DNA of 56,873 bases, taken from assembly GCF_004010195.1 (NCBI RefSeq), contig NC_057718.1, positions 49,992,575 through 50,049,447 of the forward strand. The letters run 5' to 3'. Of this stretch, positions 26,414 through 39,680 are shown in pieces; position 1 is the first letter of the stretch, and every line of letters begins with the position of its first letter. The DNA comes from Chiloscyllium plagiosum (lineage: Eukaryota). The notes beneath the pieces are model-generated. The model did not search any database. It was given only the letters and a program-made list of their open reading frames with translations, and was not told the DNA's origin. Position numbers and translations under genes: made by a program.

Positions 26414-28799
26414 GGGCTGAATCTTCTGTTCTTTTGGTGTATTGAGGGTTGCATTATGTTTTATGGGGCATTCTCACCACAAGGACCAGCAAATTTGCTT
26501 AATTATTTTATCAAATGAACTTCATTAACTCCCTATCATGCCCTATGGCATCCCTTATGTCCATTTCTAACCCCACTTTACCACTCACTGTTCCTGGAAC
26601 AATTCACCATTCAGTGAATATCTACTGAAAGACCAGCAATTCCTTGTGCCCGTGTCATCTTTATAAGACCAGCAATTCAGTGTTGCCCTTCACTGGCAAT
26701 ATAATGGTACAGCAGCCACAAATCCATGTTACTCACAGCACACAGCTGGCATGGCTAACACTTCCTCACACATACAACCCTATTCTCTCACCCTTGGGAT
26801 TGTTTCACTATGAGGTTGCGAATTTACCTGTTTCCTATCTAAGCACCCTGTCTTCAAAAGTGCTGCTCTAACACCAAATGTCCACATCTTGTCATTTCCC
26901 AGTAACAGAGCAGTACATTCTGGCAAGCAATTGACCAATTCCAAACCAAACATCAAAAAGGAATTGAGGTTGCCCTGCAATGCAAACCAAATGCTGGCAT
27001 CATGACAAATGACTATTTAAGATTCCACAATGGTCTGCTGCACCCAGCTCTCATCTACTGGAACCTGGTATTAGTCAGGTCCTGTTGGACATGTAGCACC
27101 CAACACAATTGAGTTCTATCATGAAGAAGGAGAGCAGCCTCCTTCCAAGAGTCCTCATTTATCTCCTCTGAAGACTGTTCCCATTCCCCCAGTTCCTCAG
27201 AATCCAGCGTTTCACCTCATTAATTGCTCCAAGTGTCTGGAGCAAGGCATGCCAGAATGATGGGTCACACTGTTCAGACTATAATGGAGAGCCCTCTCTG
27301 GCTAGTTCAAGCAGTGGAACTACATCTTCATATAGACATATCATCTGCCCCAACACAGACAAAGCATGGGTGACATTAGATCTGCACTCTGTGTCAGTCA
27401 AGGGATGAACAATGCTCATAAGCCCTATCCTCAGTAGTCAGCCTTGTAAGATAACTGGACCATTAGGGGACACAAGAGCATTCTAGGATGTAGGAATCAA
27501 GGCAGCTATCAGTGGAATGTGTACACATCTCCAAGAAATGATAACCGTAATCACAGTTCATTTGAACATTAATTGAATAGAACTCCTTTCTGTTCGTGAA
27601 TTTGACATCATCGTCATATGGCCCTCTTGGTGCTATATGCCTACAGTCAATGGCACCCTGCACCTGGGGGAATCACAGCTATGTTTCTGAATCTTGCTGC
27701 CCAGTCTGCAGCACTGACCCAGTCATGGAGAAATATAACAAACTGCTATGATCTTGCACAGACAGCATTGGCCACTATCCTCATGCTTTGGTGGGTGTTC
27801 AATCTCACACAGGTCATCCATTGCTTTCTGGAAGGAGATAGGCCTACAGGTGATCAGAGTAGACGTCACCTTCACAGTGACCAAGAGAGGATGGTCTCCC
27901 ACTCCTGCAATCCTCAGTTCCTGCTCTAGAATCTGACAAAATTCGCTCACAGTGTCCTGGAGACATATGGAGCCTGGACTGACAGCACATTTTGCTCGTG
28001 CACAAGAAATCGAGTCAGGGTTGAATAGCTCTGTTTGCTAAGTCATGACATGTTATTCACTCTCCCCCCCCCATCCCACATCATCTGGACAGATTCCTAT
28101 TGACAAGCAGCATGGCTCTTTGTCTGTGTTAAAGGGCATAGCAATATGACATTATTGATAGCTTTTGGCTTAGGCTAAAGCATCAAAATACTAACTGGCA
28201 AGGCACAACATAGTATGGCATGGGCAAGGCAAGGCAAAGCATGATCTGTGAGCATGTAGGTAGGCACAATGTGAGTGAACATTAAGAGATCAACTCTGAG
28301 CTGCAACCTGGACCAATCCATGAGCCAAGTGCCTGCCTCTGCCCACAAAGAGTCCCTGCAGCATCCTTTCAATGTTGATTGCCAGTGCTTTCTGCTTGCA
28401 TGTGGATCAGAGAGGTGCTATGATGGTCATGAGGGGTTGGCAAATGTCAGATGCCAATGTCCATGGGCGATGGCTGCTCCTCATAGCCAGAGCTGAAGTT
28501 GCCAGATATCTGCTCAGGCTTCTATGTTTAGAATTCTCAATGTCTAGCTTGTTTAGCGTGTTTGACAAGATAGGAAGCTGAATGTAATGAGGTGAGTTGC
28601 AGTGCTAATAAGGTGTTTAACAAACAATTATCCCCTTTAATTGGAAACTCGCTGCCCAGTGAGAAACTCTGCACCACCAGGCAAAAGCATAAAAGATGTA
28701 ATGAGTTTATCCTGATGTTGAGATAGGTCTCGGCGGATACCTCATCCGATTCTGCCATAAATCACAGCATGTTGCTCAGAACCCTATAAGGTTCCACCC
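26414..28799 (-). mobile_element. Degenerate PIF/Harbinger DNA transposon (HARBI1-like DDE transposase)
   Basis: ORF 27463-27663 QGAIDCRHIA...FTNRKEFYSINVQMNCD...DSYIL matches the Harbinger GAIDC.H / NRKG..SINVQ motifs; imperfect TIRs gggctgaatctt and aaggttccaccc. Confidence 0.85.
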
Positions 28800-30099
28800 A
28801 TAGTTTTGAGATGTGAGAAATTCCCTTTCTCCCCAAGCTTATCTAAAGAAAAAATTACTCTTGCTTTTAGTAACAATCATTATAAAATTAATCTTTAAGT
28901 ATTTTACAATTAAATGTTGTTGTCCATTCTGAAATGGAGTACAAAATAAACCTTATAAAATAAATCTTAGAAACAATCTTGCAGCTGATGATTAAAAATC
29001 TTGCAGTTCTGGCATAAGCTTGTGTTAGAATCAATAGAATTTGTTCAGGCTGCCAAATATTGAATAACATTTACTGCTTGCAGGTGCATTTCAGAAGTAA
29101 TTTATCATAATGGTTGTACTGTATATGAAATCATTAGTGTTTTTCATGCTGCAATCTGATCTACAGTATTGTTAAAACACAAAACAACCTTTCCTATTTC
29201 ACAAAGACTACTCCCTCCACTCTTCCCCCTCATCTCAGGAATGTCACATAACAAGATAAGGTTTCCAATTATAGCTGAAAGAACAGAGTGATATGTCAGG
29301 ATGTTTCCAAGAGTTTTTAAAGAAATACTGAACACTGCATTTAAAGCATGTTTCCTGAATTCTAACATTGGTAACATTGTCATTAATGACCAGCAAGGTA
29401 TGTTTTTAACTCTCACAAATCTCAGGGAAGCAGAAGGTGGACATCCTGTTGCAGTGAGGAGGAGATACTGTTAATTTTTGTGATCAGACTTTGTTTGCTT
29501 TGAATAGGTGAGCTAGATGATCACTAATCTCACATCATGTGGACAGCTCTAAGTTTGGAAGGCCTATACACTCAGACAGTTATTCAAAACAGAATGGCAA
29601 TGGACTAAACCTTAACAGATAAGTGGGCATTTCAAATAACTAATTATTAAGATTAAAGACAGATTATTATCATGCTATTGCTACTCATCTAAAGGCTTAA
29701 CCATTAGTATATTGATGCTGTCAGCTTTTCTCGCTGCAATGATTTATATTCCTTGCTTGCAATTCATCAACAGTAAGTTCCATACTGCTCAGATACATTT
29801 ATGTCATTCCCTTTTGTTCTGTGTGTGCCTCATGTTTTTTTTTTATTTTGGCATTTTGATGGTGTATGCTCTGAATGGGGTCAGATTTGACAACATGCTT
29901 AAGTTAACCATTTTCGAGGAACAAGTAACAATCAATGAACTGGCACAATAATGGTTGACTAATCATACCATCTTATGCAAGATTACACCTTGTTTCTTAC
30001 CCTTTAGATATGCAAAGTGATCTAAAATTAAAGCTGCAATGTTTTTCAATCAACATTATAATAATATGAAATCCAAACTTTTGTGAGTGAACAGCTCTT

Positions 30100-32140
30100 C
30101 ATTGAAGGTAACTGTATGCAGAGATTCTAAGACAAGATATCTTATCTCGAGGCCTACAGGCTCAGGCTCCAGTTCCATGTGTTCTGATATCACTGTAACA
30201 CAGATACTTTCATACATGTTTAATAAATATACTTTCAGTGAAAGAAGTATATTTACTCAACCTTTTACTCTTCAATTTCCTCAAGTTCTTGTATTCTACA
30301 TCTCCTTAACATTTAATCTTAACAAGTAACATTCAATCATGAATATTTAGCTCTTTTGGTTCCAACTGTGTCCACTGCATAGGTCTCCTTTTCTTGAGGA
30401 ATTAATTTCCAACACCATTCTCTGTTCTCATGGAGCATGTGTAGGACAAATGTGCTTTCTTGTCATTTCCTTGGAGGGACAAACGTTAGTGGATTGCATA
30501 GGCATTTTCTGACCACTCTGGTCTTTGATTTGTGCCACTCACAAAGATTTAAATGTCACAGTATTACAAACCAATGAGGGAAAAACTGCAGAAGACCCCA
30601 GTATTCGAAAGATCATAGCCACTTGCTGTCTGATCTGGAGATGAATATAAAAGTATGTGAATGGAAAGAAAGAGCATTGTGATTGCAACACCAGAAGTGA
30701 GGAACTGAAGACTTCTTCACTATTCGCAGGGTCAGAATTCCTCTTTCTTTAGATATTGTTATCACTCCAGCATTTGTGTTGCTGTGAAGCTGCTGAAGTG
30801 CAGGCAAAGAGAGACTCTACAATAGGAGTGTAACATCATGGGCAACAGAATAAATGACCAGAACATAATCAATAGGAAATTCACATGTAGTATTACTATC
30901 TGAAGATCTACTTGAATGATCAACCTGACTCTGCAGTTGATAGCTGACATAAATAAGGGAATGAAGGTTTTTATTCTCCCTTGCAAGATTTTATCCAAGT
31001 CGTCATCATTCATTAACTGCAGAAGAAAGATTTCTTCAACTAATTATTCACTGTGATCTTGGTGTTCTTAATATTTTTGTAACAGTAAGTCAATACATCT
31101 CTACGGTTTACCAATTGTTGCAAAACGACTAGTTGTATAAGTGCAAGTTTTCTTGTAAATCTTCTGCAATCTTCTCATTTTCAATCTTCAAGTCTTGATT
31201 ATATAATATGATTGCTAAATGCTGAACTTTTATTTTCGTTGGGTCACTGAGTTTTCCAGCAACACATATTTAAGCGCTGAAAGAAAACTTATTGTGTTTC
31301 TATGGCTGATGGGGTTGCCTTGCAAATTTCAGCTATCATTTATGCAGATCCATAATTATTGTCTGTTACATATTGACACAATCCAATTTGGACTGAAGGA
31401 TTTTTTTTTTTCTCTCAACAACACAATTAGTAAGCTAATTCATTTTGAATTTCTTTCCATTCACATACTTTTATATTCATCTCCAGATCAGACAGCAAGT
31501 AGCTATGATCTTTCGAGTACTGGGGTTCTTCTGCAGTTTTTCCCTCATTGGTTTGCAATGCTGTGACATTTAAATCTTTGTGAGTGGCACAAATCAAACA
31601 CCAGATAGTCAGAAAATGCCTATGCAGTCCCCCAATGTTTGTCCCTCCAAGGAAATGACAAGAAAGCACATTTGCCCTACACATGCTCCATGAGAACAGA
31701 GAATTTTGTTCGAAATTAATGCGTTTTATCTGAAGATTGAAGTTTTTGTTAAAAACGTCAAACTCCTATTGATGCATGATTATAAAGGTGTTTGCATACA
31801 GTTGGCTGCTACAAATACAGGCTTTCATCAACCATCCTGACTGAAGCTTCAGTTATCTCAAATTTCTTTCAAAGCTCTGAGGATGTTTTCCTGTATGACT
31901 GAACATCTTTCTTCCTCCATCAATCTGAATATTTCAGATTTTAGGGTCACTTTATTGGGAGGTTTTGATGCTTCACTTGCTTTCATTAGTGATTCAATGA
32001 GTAGAAGGTTTTGTTCTGGCTATCCAGCGGTTGTTCACTCTGGGAATAACTCCTTCACCGAACTCAGCAGCTGCTGTTGTATCAGGTCTATGCTAGCTTC
32101 TGTGTAATAGTCAACACATTTATTTCCTCTTCATCTCCTG
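30100..32140 (-). pseudogene. Degenerate coding-like island containing an inverted duplication
   Basis: Minus read-through e.g. YTEASIDLIQQQLLSSVKELFPE*...LLIESLMKASEASKPPNKVTLKSEIFRLMEEERCSVIQENILRALKEI*; ORF 30762-31013. Confidence 0.4.
30401..31720. repeat. Inverted duplication of about 270 bp of unique sequence (arms 30401-30671 and 31450-31720)
   Basis: Direct alignment of the reverse complement, e.g. ctctgttctcatggagcatgtgtagg vs cctacacatgctccatgagaacagag, with scattered mismatches. Confidence 0.95.
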
Positions 32141-32149
32141 CAGGAAATT

Positions 32150-32449
32150 AGATTCCCTTCAGTGTGGGAACAGGCCCTTTGGCCCAACTAGTCCACACCA
32201 ACCCTCCGAAGAGTAACCCACCCAGATCCATTCCCCCTAACTAATACACCTAACACTACGGGAAATTTAGCATGACCAACTTACCTAATCTGCACATCTT
32301 TGGACTGTGGGAGGAAACCGGAGCACCCGGAGGAAACCCACGCAGACACGGGGAGAATTCCTGTATGGAGTTTGCACAATCGGCCGAGGCTGGAATCGAA
32401 CCCGGGTCCCTGGCGCTGTGAGGCAGAAGTGCTAACCACTGAGCCACTG
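32150..32449 (-). mobile_element. HE1-like tRNA-derived SINE, near full length
   Basis: Minus strand cagtggctcagtggttagc (A box) and gggttcgattcc (B box), conserved core, CR1-like tail. Confidence 0.92.
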
Positions 32450-34932
32450 AGGACTAAGTCTCCACAAAAAAGAGAAATTTAGAAACAGTACCACCTCATC
32501 ATTAGCTGCAGGAACATTCAAAATCTCAGACTCCAAGAAATGGTCTTGAATGATTGCTTCCTCCTCTGTAACTACATGCTGAATGAGCAAACGACAATCC
32601 CCCAGTGGCCAGTCACTGCCTTCTTTGGCACCTTTCTCTTCTAACCATTTTCAGCTTGTGTTTTGAGAGAGATTGAGGGCCGTTAACACTTCTTTGCAAT
32701 GCTAAGGCTGAAGTGCGTATAGTTGAGCTTGATCCTTGGTGCACTGATTTGTGGTTAGTGTCATCAATACATGCCAAATTCACAATATTTAAAGCTATAC
32801 AAGCAGCTGCAATTAATAAAGAATTTAATGGTTAGGAATAATGTATAATAACTGTGTAATATTTTTTCAAATGATGTGAAGTGTAATGTGCATCTCAACC
32901 CCCCTCTCTCTCTGATTTTAGTGCTTCTCAAGCTCCAGCTCAAATGGAAGATGGTCTGAGAACACTTCTCTTCAACCATAATGAAGCATCTTAAAGAATT
33001 GATATGTCCACTCGAGGATTCAATTTAAGATTAAATTTCCTGCCATTTACCAAAAACTCTCTACTAGGATTCATCTTGCAGCCATGTAGTTTCAGGTCAT
33101 GCAATGCAGCACACCCAGCCCTCTAGGGTGCCCTGTGTCATAGTTCTCTGCTTCACCCCTCACACCCTGCCCTGACAAAGGTGGAGGGTTGGGAGGTATT
33201 CACTGAGCAGTTGAGAGTCACCTATTAGGTGTGCTTTATCTATCTCATATGCTGGGAGAGCCTAGCCTGGATATGTATTCCAGCTCAGGGAGAGACTTTT
33301 GCCTCCCACACACTTGTAGATGTGAGTCATTTCTCTGCGTTGCTTTCATGAATTGCCGATACAGAGCCCACTGTCCTAGCCTCAATATTCAGCCCTTGAA
33401 CTGATGGAACAAGGTATGAGTCCCTAAGTGCTACTTCTCCAGTTTTGCCTGTGCTGTTCTATTCCCAGGTCCCTATCGCTGGGTTATCAGAGGGATGACA
33501 AGCACAGACATTGCTGAAACAATGATACTTCTAAAAAAACTCAAAAGGACCTTCACTTGTGAAGAGGCAGAACACTGCACTGTTTTTACTTCAGAGAAAC
33601 ATGTTGGCAGCTAGATGGAAATTGAGACTACAGTAAACGTTATAACAGTGAAAGTGAATATATATTTAGAAATGTAAGATTTCCATACATTAATAAAACA
33701 TCCATAGCACTTATGTTCTCTCAAAAGGATCGCTTTGCCTTTTGCCTTACCACTATCGCTGAGTGTGGGCCTGAGAGAGCAGCTGGGCTGGAGAGAGCCT
33801 GCTGATTGGTATGCCCTGGTGACTGTGACAACGTTGGCAGGTATCCTGTGTATGTTCAGGGCCTATAGGACCCGACATCAGCAGAAATCTCCTGCAGGAG
33901 ATTGAGGTGCACTCTTCTTGGACTGGACAGCTGCAGACAATGGAGTCACTGGCAGAGGGAGAGCAGTGCTGAAGGGTCCTTCAATGGAGCTCCTGCGGCT
34001 CTTGTCTATTGCCCTTCTTTCCTATGGATGCCTGCTGGCAGCTTTCTGTCTGCCTGAGTAGTAGGGCCCCCTGGAGTGAAGTCAAGGAGTCTTGTCCCCT
34101 TCTCATATTGATGCTGGACACTCATGACGACAGTGATGGAATGTAGGTCTAAGTACATATCTGTCATCCACTAATTATTTGGCTGGACCGGGCCTTCAGC
34201 ATAGTTGCCTTTCCATACAGGCCACTGCCATAGACAGAAGATGGACAGATCCCTCCGTCTAGTGCAAGAATCCCTGCCTAATGTTCTCCTGCCTGTTTCT
34301 GCAGGTTGACCATGTTACCTAATGTTGAGTACAAAGGCATGTTTTCTGCATGGGGCTAAACAGTTCCTTGGTCTCTGGCAATCCCCTGAGGGCCAGAAAT
34401 CTTGAAATAGCTGTGGACACATATCAGTGATGTGCTCAGCATATTGTGTAGAGCTGGGATAGCCAATGGGGTGATAGTCTCTGCTACTGGATGCTTAAGG
34501 TGAATGCTTTGCTGCTGTGACCTCTGAGAGTTCACAAACTTTGCCTTTAGAGGTGCTAGTGCTGCTCTGTTGCAGACTGTGAGCTGTTAAGTTTTGCCAT
34601 CAGTAAACCTTCATAGCTATGCAAGGGAAGAAGAATAGTTTTTGAGGAAATGTAGGTGTCCATGTGCATCTGAGAAGAATGAGCTGCAATGTTCCTCCTT
34701 TACTTGCCATGCCAATATCTCCATTAGCACAGGATGGGTCAAGGTCATCACTTACTATGAGGAACCCTTCCATCACTCTGGGCTCTTTATTTTAAAAAAA
34801 ATGTCTAGCTGCTTATCCTACAATGAGAGAAAAGGAAGGGTGAAGTATCATTAGAATGTATGTGGGAGTATTTGATGAGCATGCTATAGAGTAATAGAGA
34901 CCTACAGCACAAGTGGAGATCCTTTGGCCCAT

Positions 34933-35132
34933 CTTTTGGCTCATGTCCATACCAGTCAAAAATAACCACCTAACTGTTGTGGTTCTGTTCGCCGAGCTGG
35001 AAGTTTTTGTTGCAAACGTTTCGTCCCCTGGCCTTTTGGCACATGTCCATACCAGTCAAAAATAACGACCTAACTGTTGTGGTTCTGTTCGCCGAGCTGG
35101 AAGTTTTTGTTGCAAACGTTTCGTCCCCTGGC
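34933..35132. repeat. Tandem duplication, 2 x 100 bp, spanning a PLE-flank junction
   Basis: 34933-35032 and 35033-35132 differ at two positions. Confidence 0.95.
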
Positions 35133-35374
35133 TAGGCAACATCATCAGTGCTTGGGAGCCTCCTGCGAAGCGCTTCTTTGATGTTTCCTCCAGTGTTTAT
35201 AGTGGTCTGTCCCTGCCGCTTCCGGTTGTCAGTTTCAGCTGTCCGCTGTAGTGGTTGGTATATTGGGTCCAGGTCAATGTGTTTGTTGATGGAGTTTGTG
35301 GATGAATGCCATGCCTCTAGGAATTCCCTGGCTGTTCTCTGTCTGGCTTGCCCTATGATAGTAGTGTTGTCCCA
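34976..35374 (-). mobile_element. Penelope-like element 3' fragment (subfamily B): end of endonuclease ORF plus hammerhead motif
   Basis: ORF 35132-35452 WDNTTIIGQARQRTAREFLEAWHS..SINKH is a PLE C-terminus (RE.LE motif); minus ctgatgatgttgcctagccaggggacgaaacgtt at 35115-35148. Confidence 0.88.
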
Positions 35375-35399
35375 CTCAGTGGCCATGAGTTTCAAAGTT

Positions 35400-36940
35400 G
35401 CTGACTTCGGCAATTTCTGGAGTGCATCTTGTAGATAGTACACAGCTAGCATGTAGATGGCTACTACTGAGCATTGGTGGTGGAGAGAGTGGATTTTGTG
35501 GATATGGAGTCAGTCAAGAGAGTTGCTTTGTCCTGGATAGAGTCCAGCTTATTGAGTGTTATAGATATAGAAGATATAGAACCCCTACTGTGTGACAACA
35601 GGCCCTATGGCCCAACCAGTCCACACCAATTCTCAGAAGAGTAACCCACCCACCCAGACACATTCCCGTACATCTACCCGGACTAATACACCTAACCTAC
35701 ACATCCCTGAACACTATGGGCAATTTAGCATGGCCAATTTACCTAACATGCACATCTTTGGATTATGGGAGGAAACCGGAGCACCTGGAGGAAACCCACG
35801 CAGACACGGGGACAATGTGCAAATTCCACACAGACAGTTGCCAAAGGTGGGAATTGCACCCAGGTACCTGGTGCTGTGAAGCAACAGTGCTAACCACTGA
35901 GTCACCATGCTACCCCGTGTTTTTGGAGTTGAATTCGCTGAGGCAAGTGGGCATATTCCATCACACTCCTGACTTGTGCCTTGTAGGTGGTGGATGTGCT
36001 TTGGGGAATCAGGAGGTACTCACCACAATATTCCTAGTCTCTGATCTATCTTGTAGCCATTGTATCTATATGGTCAGGCCAGTTGAGTTTCTGGACAATG
36101 GTAACCCCTGGATGTTGACAATGGGGATTCAGTGATGGTAAATCTATTGAAAGCCAAGGGGAGATGGTTAGATTGTCTCCTTTTGGAGGTGGTTATTGTC
36201 TGGTGTTTGTGCTTCAATGTTGAAAACAAAAAATGCTGGAGATCACATTGGGTCATCCATGAGAGAAAGCAAGCTAACATTTTGAGTCTAGGTGACTCTG
36301 CTTCTGTATGTGAGGAGTTGCAATAATGCTGAACTTTGTGCAGCCATTGACAAACATCTGCACTTGTAAGCTTATGATAGATTGATGAAGCAGCTGAAGA
36401 TGTTTGGGCCTCAGACACTACCCTAAAGAACTCCTGCAGATGTCCTGTAGCTGAGATGACTGAGTTCCACTACCACTACCAACTTCCTATGTATCAGGTA
36501 TGACTCCAACCAGTAGAAAGTTTGTGCCTGATACCCACTGATTCCAGTTTTGCTCAGGCTCCTTGACATCATACTCAGCTGAATGTTGACTAGTTGTCAA
36601 GGATGTCACTCTTGCCTCATCTCTGGAATCCAGCTCTTTTATCTATGTTGAACCAAGGCTGCAATGAGGTCAGGCATTGAGTGGCTCTGGTAGAAGAAAA
36701 ATTGGAGCAGGTTATTGCTAAGCAGGTGTTATTTGATAGCACTGTTAATGATGCCTTCCATCACTTTACTGATGATTGAGAGTGGACTGATGGGGTGGTA
36801 ATTGACCAAATTGGATTTGTCTTGCCATTTGTGTACAGAACATAACTGGGAAATTTCCACATTGGCGGGTAGATGCCAGTGTTGAAGCTGAAATGGAATA
36901 ATTTGATTAGGGATACAGAAATCCCTGGAGCAGAATTCTT
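35400..36940 (-). mobile_element. Old CR1/L2-superfamily LINE RT fragment (same family as 212-910), interrupted by a SINE and a small PLE end
   Basis: ORF 36761-36943 KLFHFSFNTGIYPPMWK; DICRSSL/GVP.GS-like region; visible similarity to 212-910. Confidence 0.8.
35575..35915 (-). mobile_element. HE1-like SINE
   Basis: Minus ggtgactcagtggttagcactg head and the same core as 32150-32449. Confidence 0.9.
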
Positions 36941-36944
36941 CAAG

Positions 36945-38375
36945 AGGAAGAAGAAAGTTTATGTAAAGATGTGATGTGAAGGCTCAGTCAGGGTGCTTGA
37001 GTTACAAATTAGCCAGGAAGGACCAAACAAGAGCTAAGAAGAGCCAGGAAGGGACATGAGAAGTCTTTGGCAGATAGAATGAAGGAAAACCCAAAAGCTT
37101 TCTATAGGTGTGTCAGGAATAAAAGAATGAGAAGAGTAAGATTAGGGCCAGTCAAGGACAGTAGTGGGAAAATTGTGTGTGGAGTCCAAGGAGATAGGAG
37201 AGGTGCTAAATGAATATTTTTCTTCAGGATTCATACTGGAAAATGACAATGTTGTTGAGGAGAATATTGAGATGCAGACTATTAGACTTGATGGGATTGA
37301 GGTTCATCTGGAGGAGGTGTTATCAATTCTGGCAAGTGTGAGAATAGATAAGCCCCCTGGGCCAGATGGGTTTTATCCTAGGATTCTCTGGGATGCTAGG
37401 AAAGATATTGCAGAGCTATTGGCTTGGATCTTTATGTCATCATTACCTACAGGAATAGTGCCAGAAGATTGGAGGACAGCAAATGTTGTCCCATTGTTCA
37501 AGAAAGGGAGTAGAGACAACCCTATGAATTATAGACCAGTGAGCCTTACTTCAGTTGTGGATAAATTGTTGGAAAACTTTCTAAGAGATAGGATTTATAA
37601 TCATCTAGATAGGAATAACTTGATTAGGGATAGTCAACACGGTTTTGCGAAGGGTAAGTCATCCCTCACAAATCTTATTGAGTTCTTTGAGAAGGTGACC
37701 AAACAGGTGGATGAGGGTAAAGCAGTTGATGTGATACATATGGATTTCAGTGAGGCATTTGACAAGGTTCCCCATGGTTAGCTATCGCATAAAATACGGA
37801 GGCATGGGGACTGAGAGCGATTTAGCAGTTTGGATCAGAAATTGGTTAGCTCAAAGAAGACAGAGGGTGGTGGTTGATGGGAAATGTTCATCCTGGAGTT
37901 TAGTTACTAGTGATGTACCGCAAGGATCTGTTTTGGTGCCACTGCTATTTGTCATTTTTATAAATGACCCGGATGAGGGCATAGGAGGATGGGTCTGTAA
38001 ATTTGTGGAGTTGTGGACAGTGCCACAGGATGTTGTAGATTACAGAGGGACATAGATAAGCTGCAGAGCTGGGCTGAGAGGTGGTAAATGGAGTTTAATG
38101 CGGAAAAGTGGGAGGTGATTCACTTTGGAACGAGTAACAGGAATGCAGAGTACTGGGATAATGGTAAGATTCTTGACAGATGAGCAGGGAGATATCAGTG
38201 ACCATGTATACAGATCTCTGAAAGTTGCCACCCAGGTTGATGGGGTTGTTAAGAAGGCATACGGTATGGTATGTTAGCTTTTATTCGTCAAGGGAGCTAT
38301 GAGGTCATACTGTACAAAACTTTGGTGTTGCGTACAGTTCTTGTCACCATGTTATAGGAAGGATGTGGAAACATT
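36945..38375 (+). mobile_element. CR1 LINE ORF2 (RT) fragment
   Basis: ORF 37164-37781 [50 protein letters not shown] 37750-38055 VPQGSVL. Confidence 0.95.
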
Positions 38376-38847
38376 GAAAAAGTTTTTGTTGCAAACCTTT
38401 CGTCCCCTGGCTGGGCGACATCATCAGTGCTTGGGAGCCTCCTGTGAAGCGCTTCTTTGATGTTTCCTCCGGTGTTTATAGTGGTCTGTTCCTGCCGCTT
38501 CCGGTTGTCAGTTTCTGCTGTCCGCTGTAGTCGTTGGTTTATTGGGTCCAGGTCGATGTGTTTGTTGATGGAGTTTGTGGATGAATGCCATGACTCTAGG
38601 AGTTCCCTGGCTGTTCTCTGTCTGGCTTGCCCTATGATAGTAGTGTTGTCCCAGAGGAACACCTAGCGGCAGGGACAGACCACTATAAACACCGGAGGAA
38701 ACATCAAAGAAGCGCTTCGCAGGAGGCTCCCAAGCACTGATGATGTCGCCTAGCCAGGGGACGAAACGTTTGCAACAAAAACTTCCAGCTCGGCGAATAG
38801 AACCACAACAACGAGCACTCGAGCTACAAATCTTCGCACAAACTTTG
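38376..38847. mobile_element. Inverted pair of Penelope-like 3' fragments (subfamily B) with hammerhead motifs
   Basis: Minus copy 38376-38653 and plus copy about 38665-38847; intact plus motif ctgatgatgtcgcctagccaggggacgaaacgtt at 38737-38770. Confidence 0.88.
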
Positions 38848-39050
38848 AACCACCTAACTATTTCAATGTATTGCCTTGCCAGGTGCTGATTCCTCCTCGG
38901 TAAGTAAATAGGAGACACAGTGCTAGGAAACAGTCGAGCTACAAATCTTCGCACAAACTTTGAACCACCTAACTATTTCAATGTATTGCCTTGCCAGGTG
39001 CTGATTCCTCCTCGGTAAGTAAATAGGAGACACAGTGCTGAGGAAACAGT
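38820..39050. repeat. Tandem duplication, about 2 x 115 bp, spanning a PLE-flank junction
   Basis: 38820-38934 repeated at 38935-39050 with a 1-nt indel. Confidence 0.95.
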
Positions 39051-39379
39051 AGAAGATTGACAGCAGAAGTGGGTGTGAGTCCTACAAAGCATAGCATGCA
39101 TGTGATAGTGAGATGGCCAGGCCAGTGTAAGGTAACTCCACACTGTCAGAGTTAGTCTTAGTGATATTTGTAATTCTTATGCTCCCTAACAGGCTACTCT
39201 TTGTAGGCTAAAGTTGAGCTATGGATTTGACATTGCTACAGTTTAACTGCCAAAGCCTAGGATGGAGGATTGCCACTATGTGTTCCACCAAGATCAATCT
39301 TTATGATATACTCTTAGTGAGCACGTACCATACTCAATTTAAACATTCCTAGAATTCCAAAAGCATAAATAAGAAAGAA

Positions 39380-39680
39380 CTTGAAATTTTGTAATGCCTT
39401 CTGTGACCTAAGGATAATCCAAGAAATTTCACAGCCATAAAAGGCCATTGAAATGTAGTTGCTGTTGTAATTTAGGCAGAAGAGGCAGCTAATGTGTAAA
39501 CAGAGATCTGCCAAGAATAGATTGCCTAATATTGTTATTGTGATTGAAGGTTAAAAGCTGATCAGTTCAGCAGCAAAATATGCTATGGGATCTTTTACAT
39601 CCATTTAGGAGAAGTGGCAGAGGCTCAGTTTAATATCAAATCTGCAAGATGTGACCTCTGACCATGCAGTGCTCCTGGAA
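39380..39680 (-). mobile_element. Diverged DeuSINE/SacSINE-like SINE
   Basis: ctatgggatcttttacatcca...ggctcagtttaatatc...gacctctgaccatgcagtgctcc is the reverse complement of a Deu core-like sequence. Confidence 0.6.

Noticed and set aside
27463..27950. Possible domesticated HARBI1 gene
   Set aside because: Frameshifts, stops and TIR-like ends indicate a dead transposon copy
34933..39050. CRISPR-like or satellite array suggested by the short repeats
   Set aside because: Only two-copy tandem duplications in vertebrate DNA; no repeat-spacer periodicity
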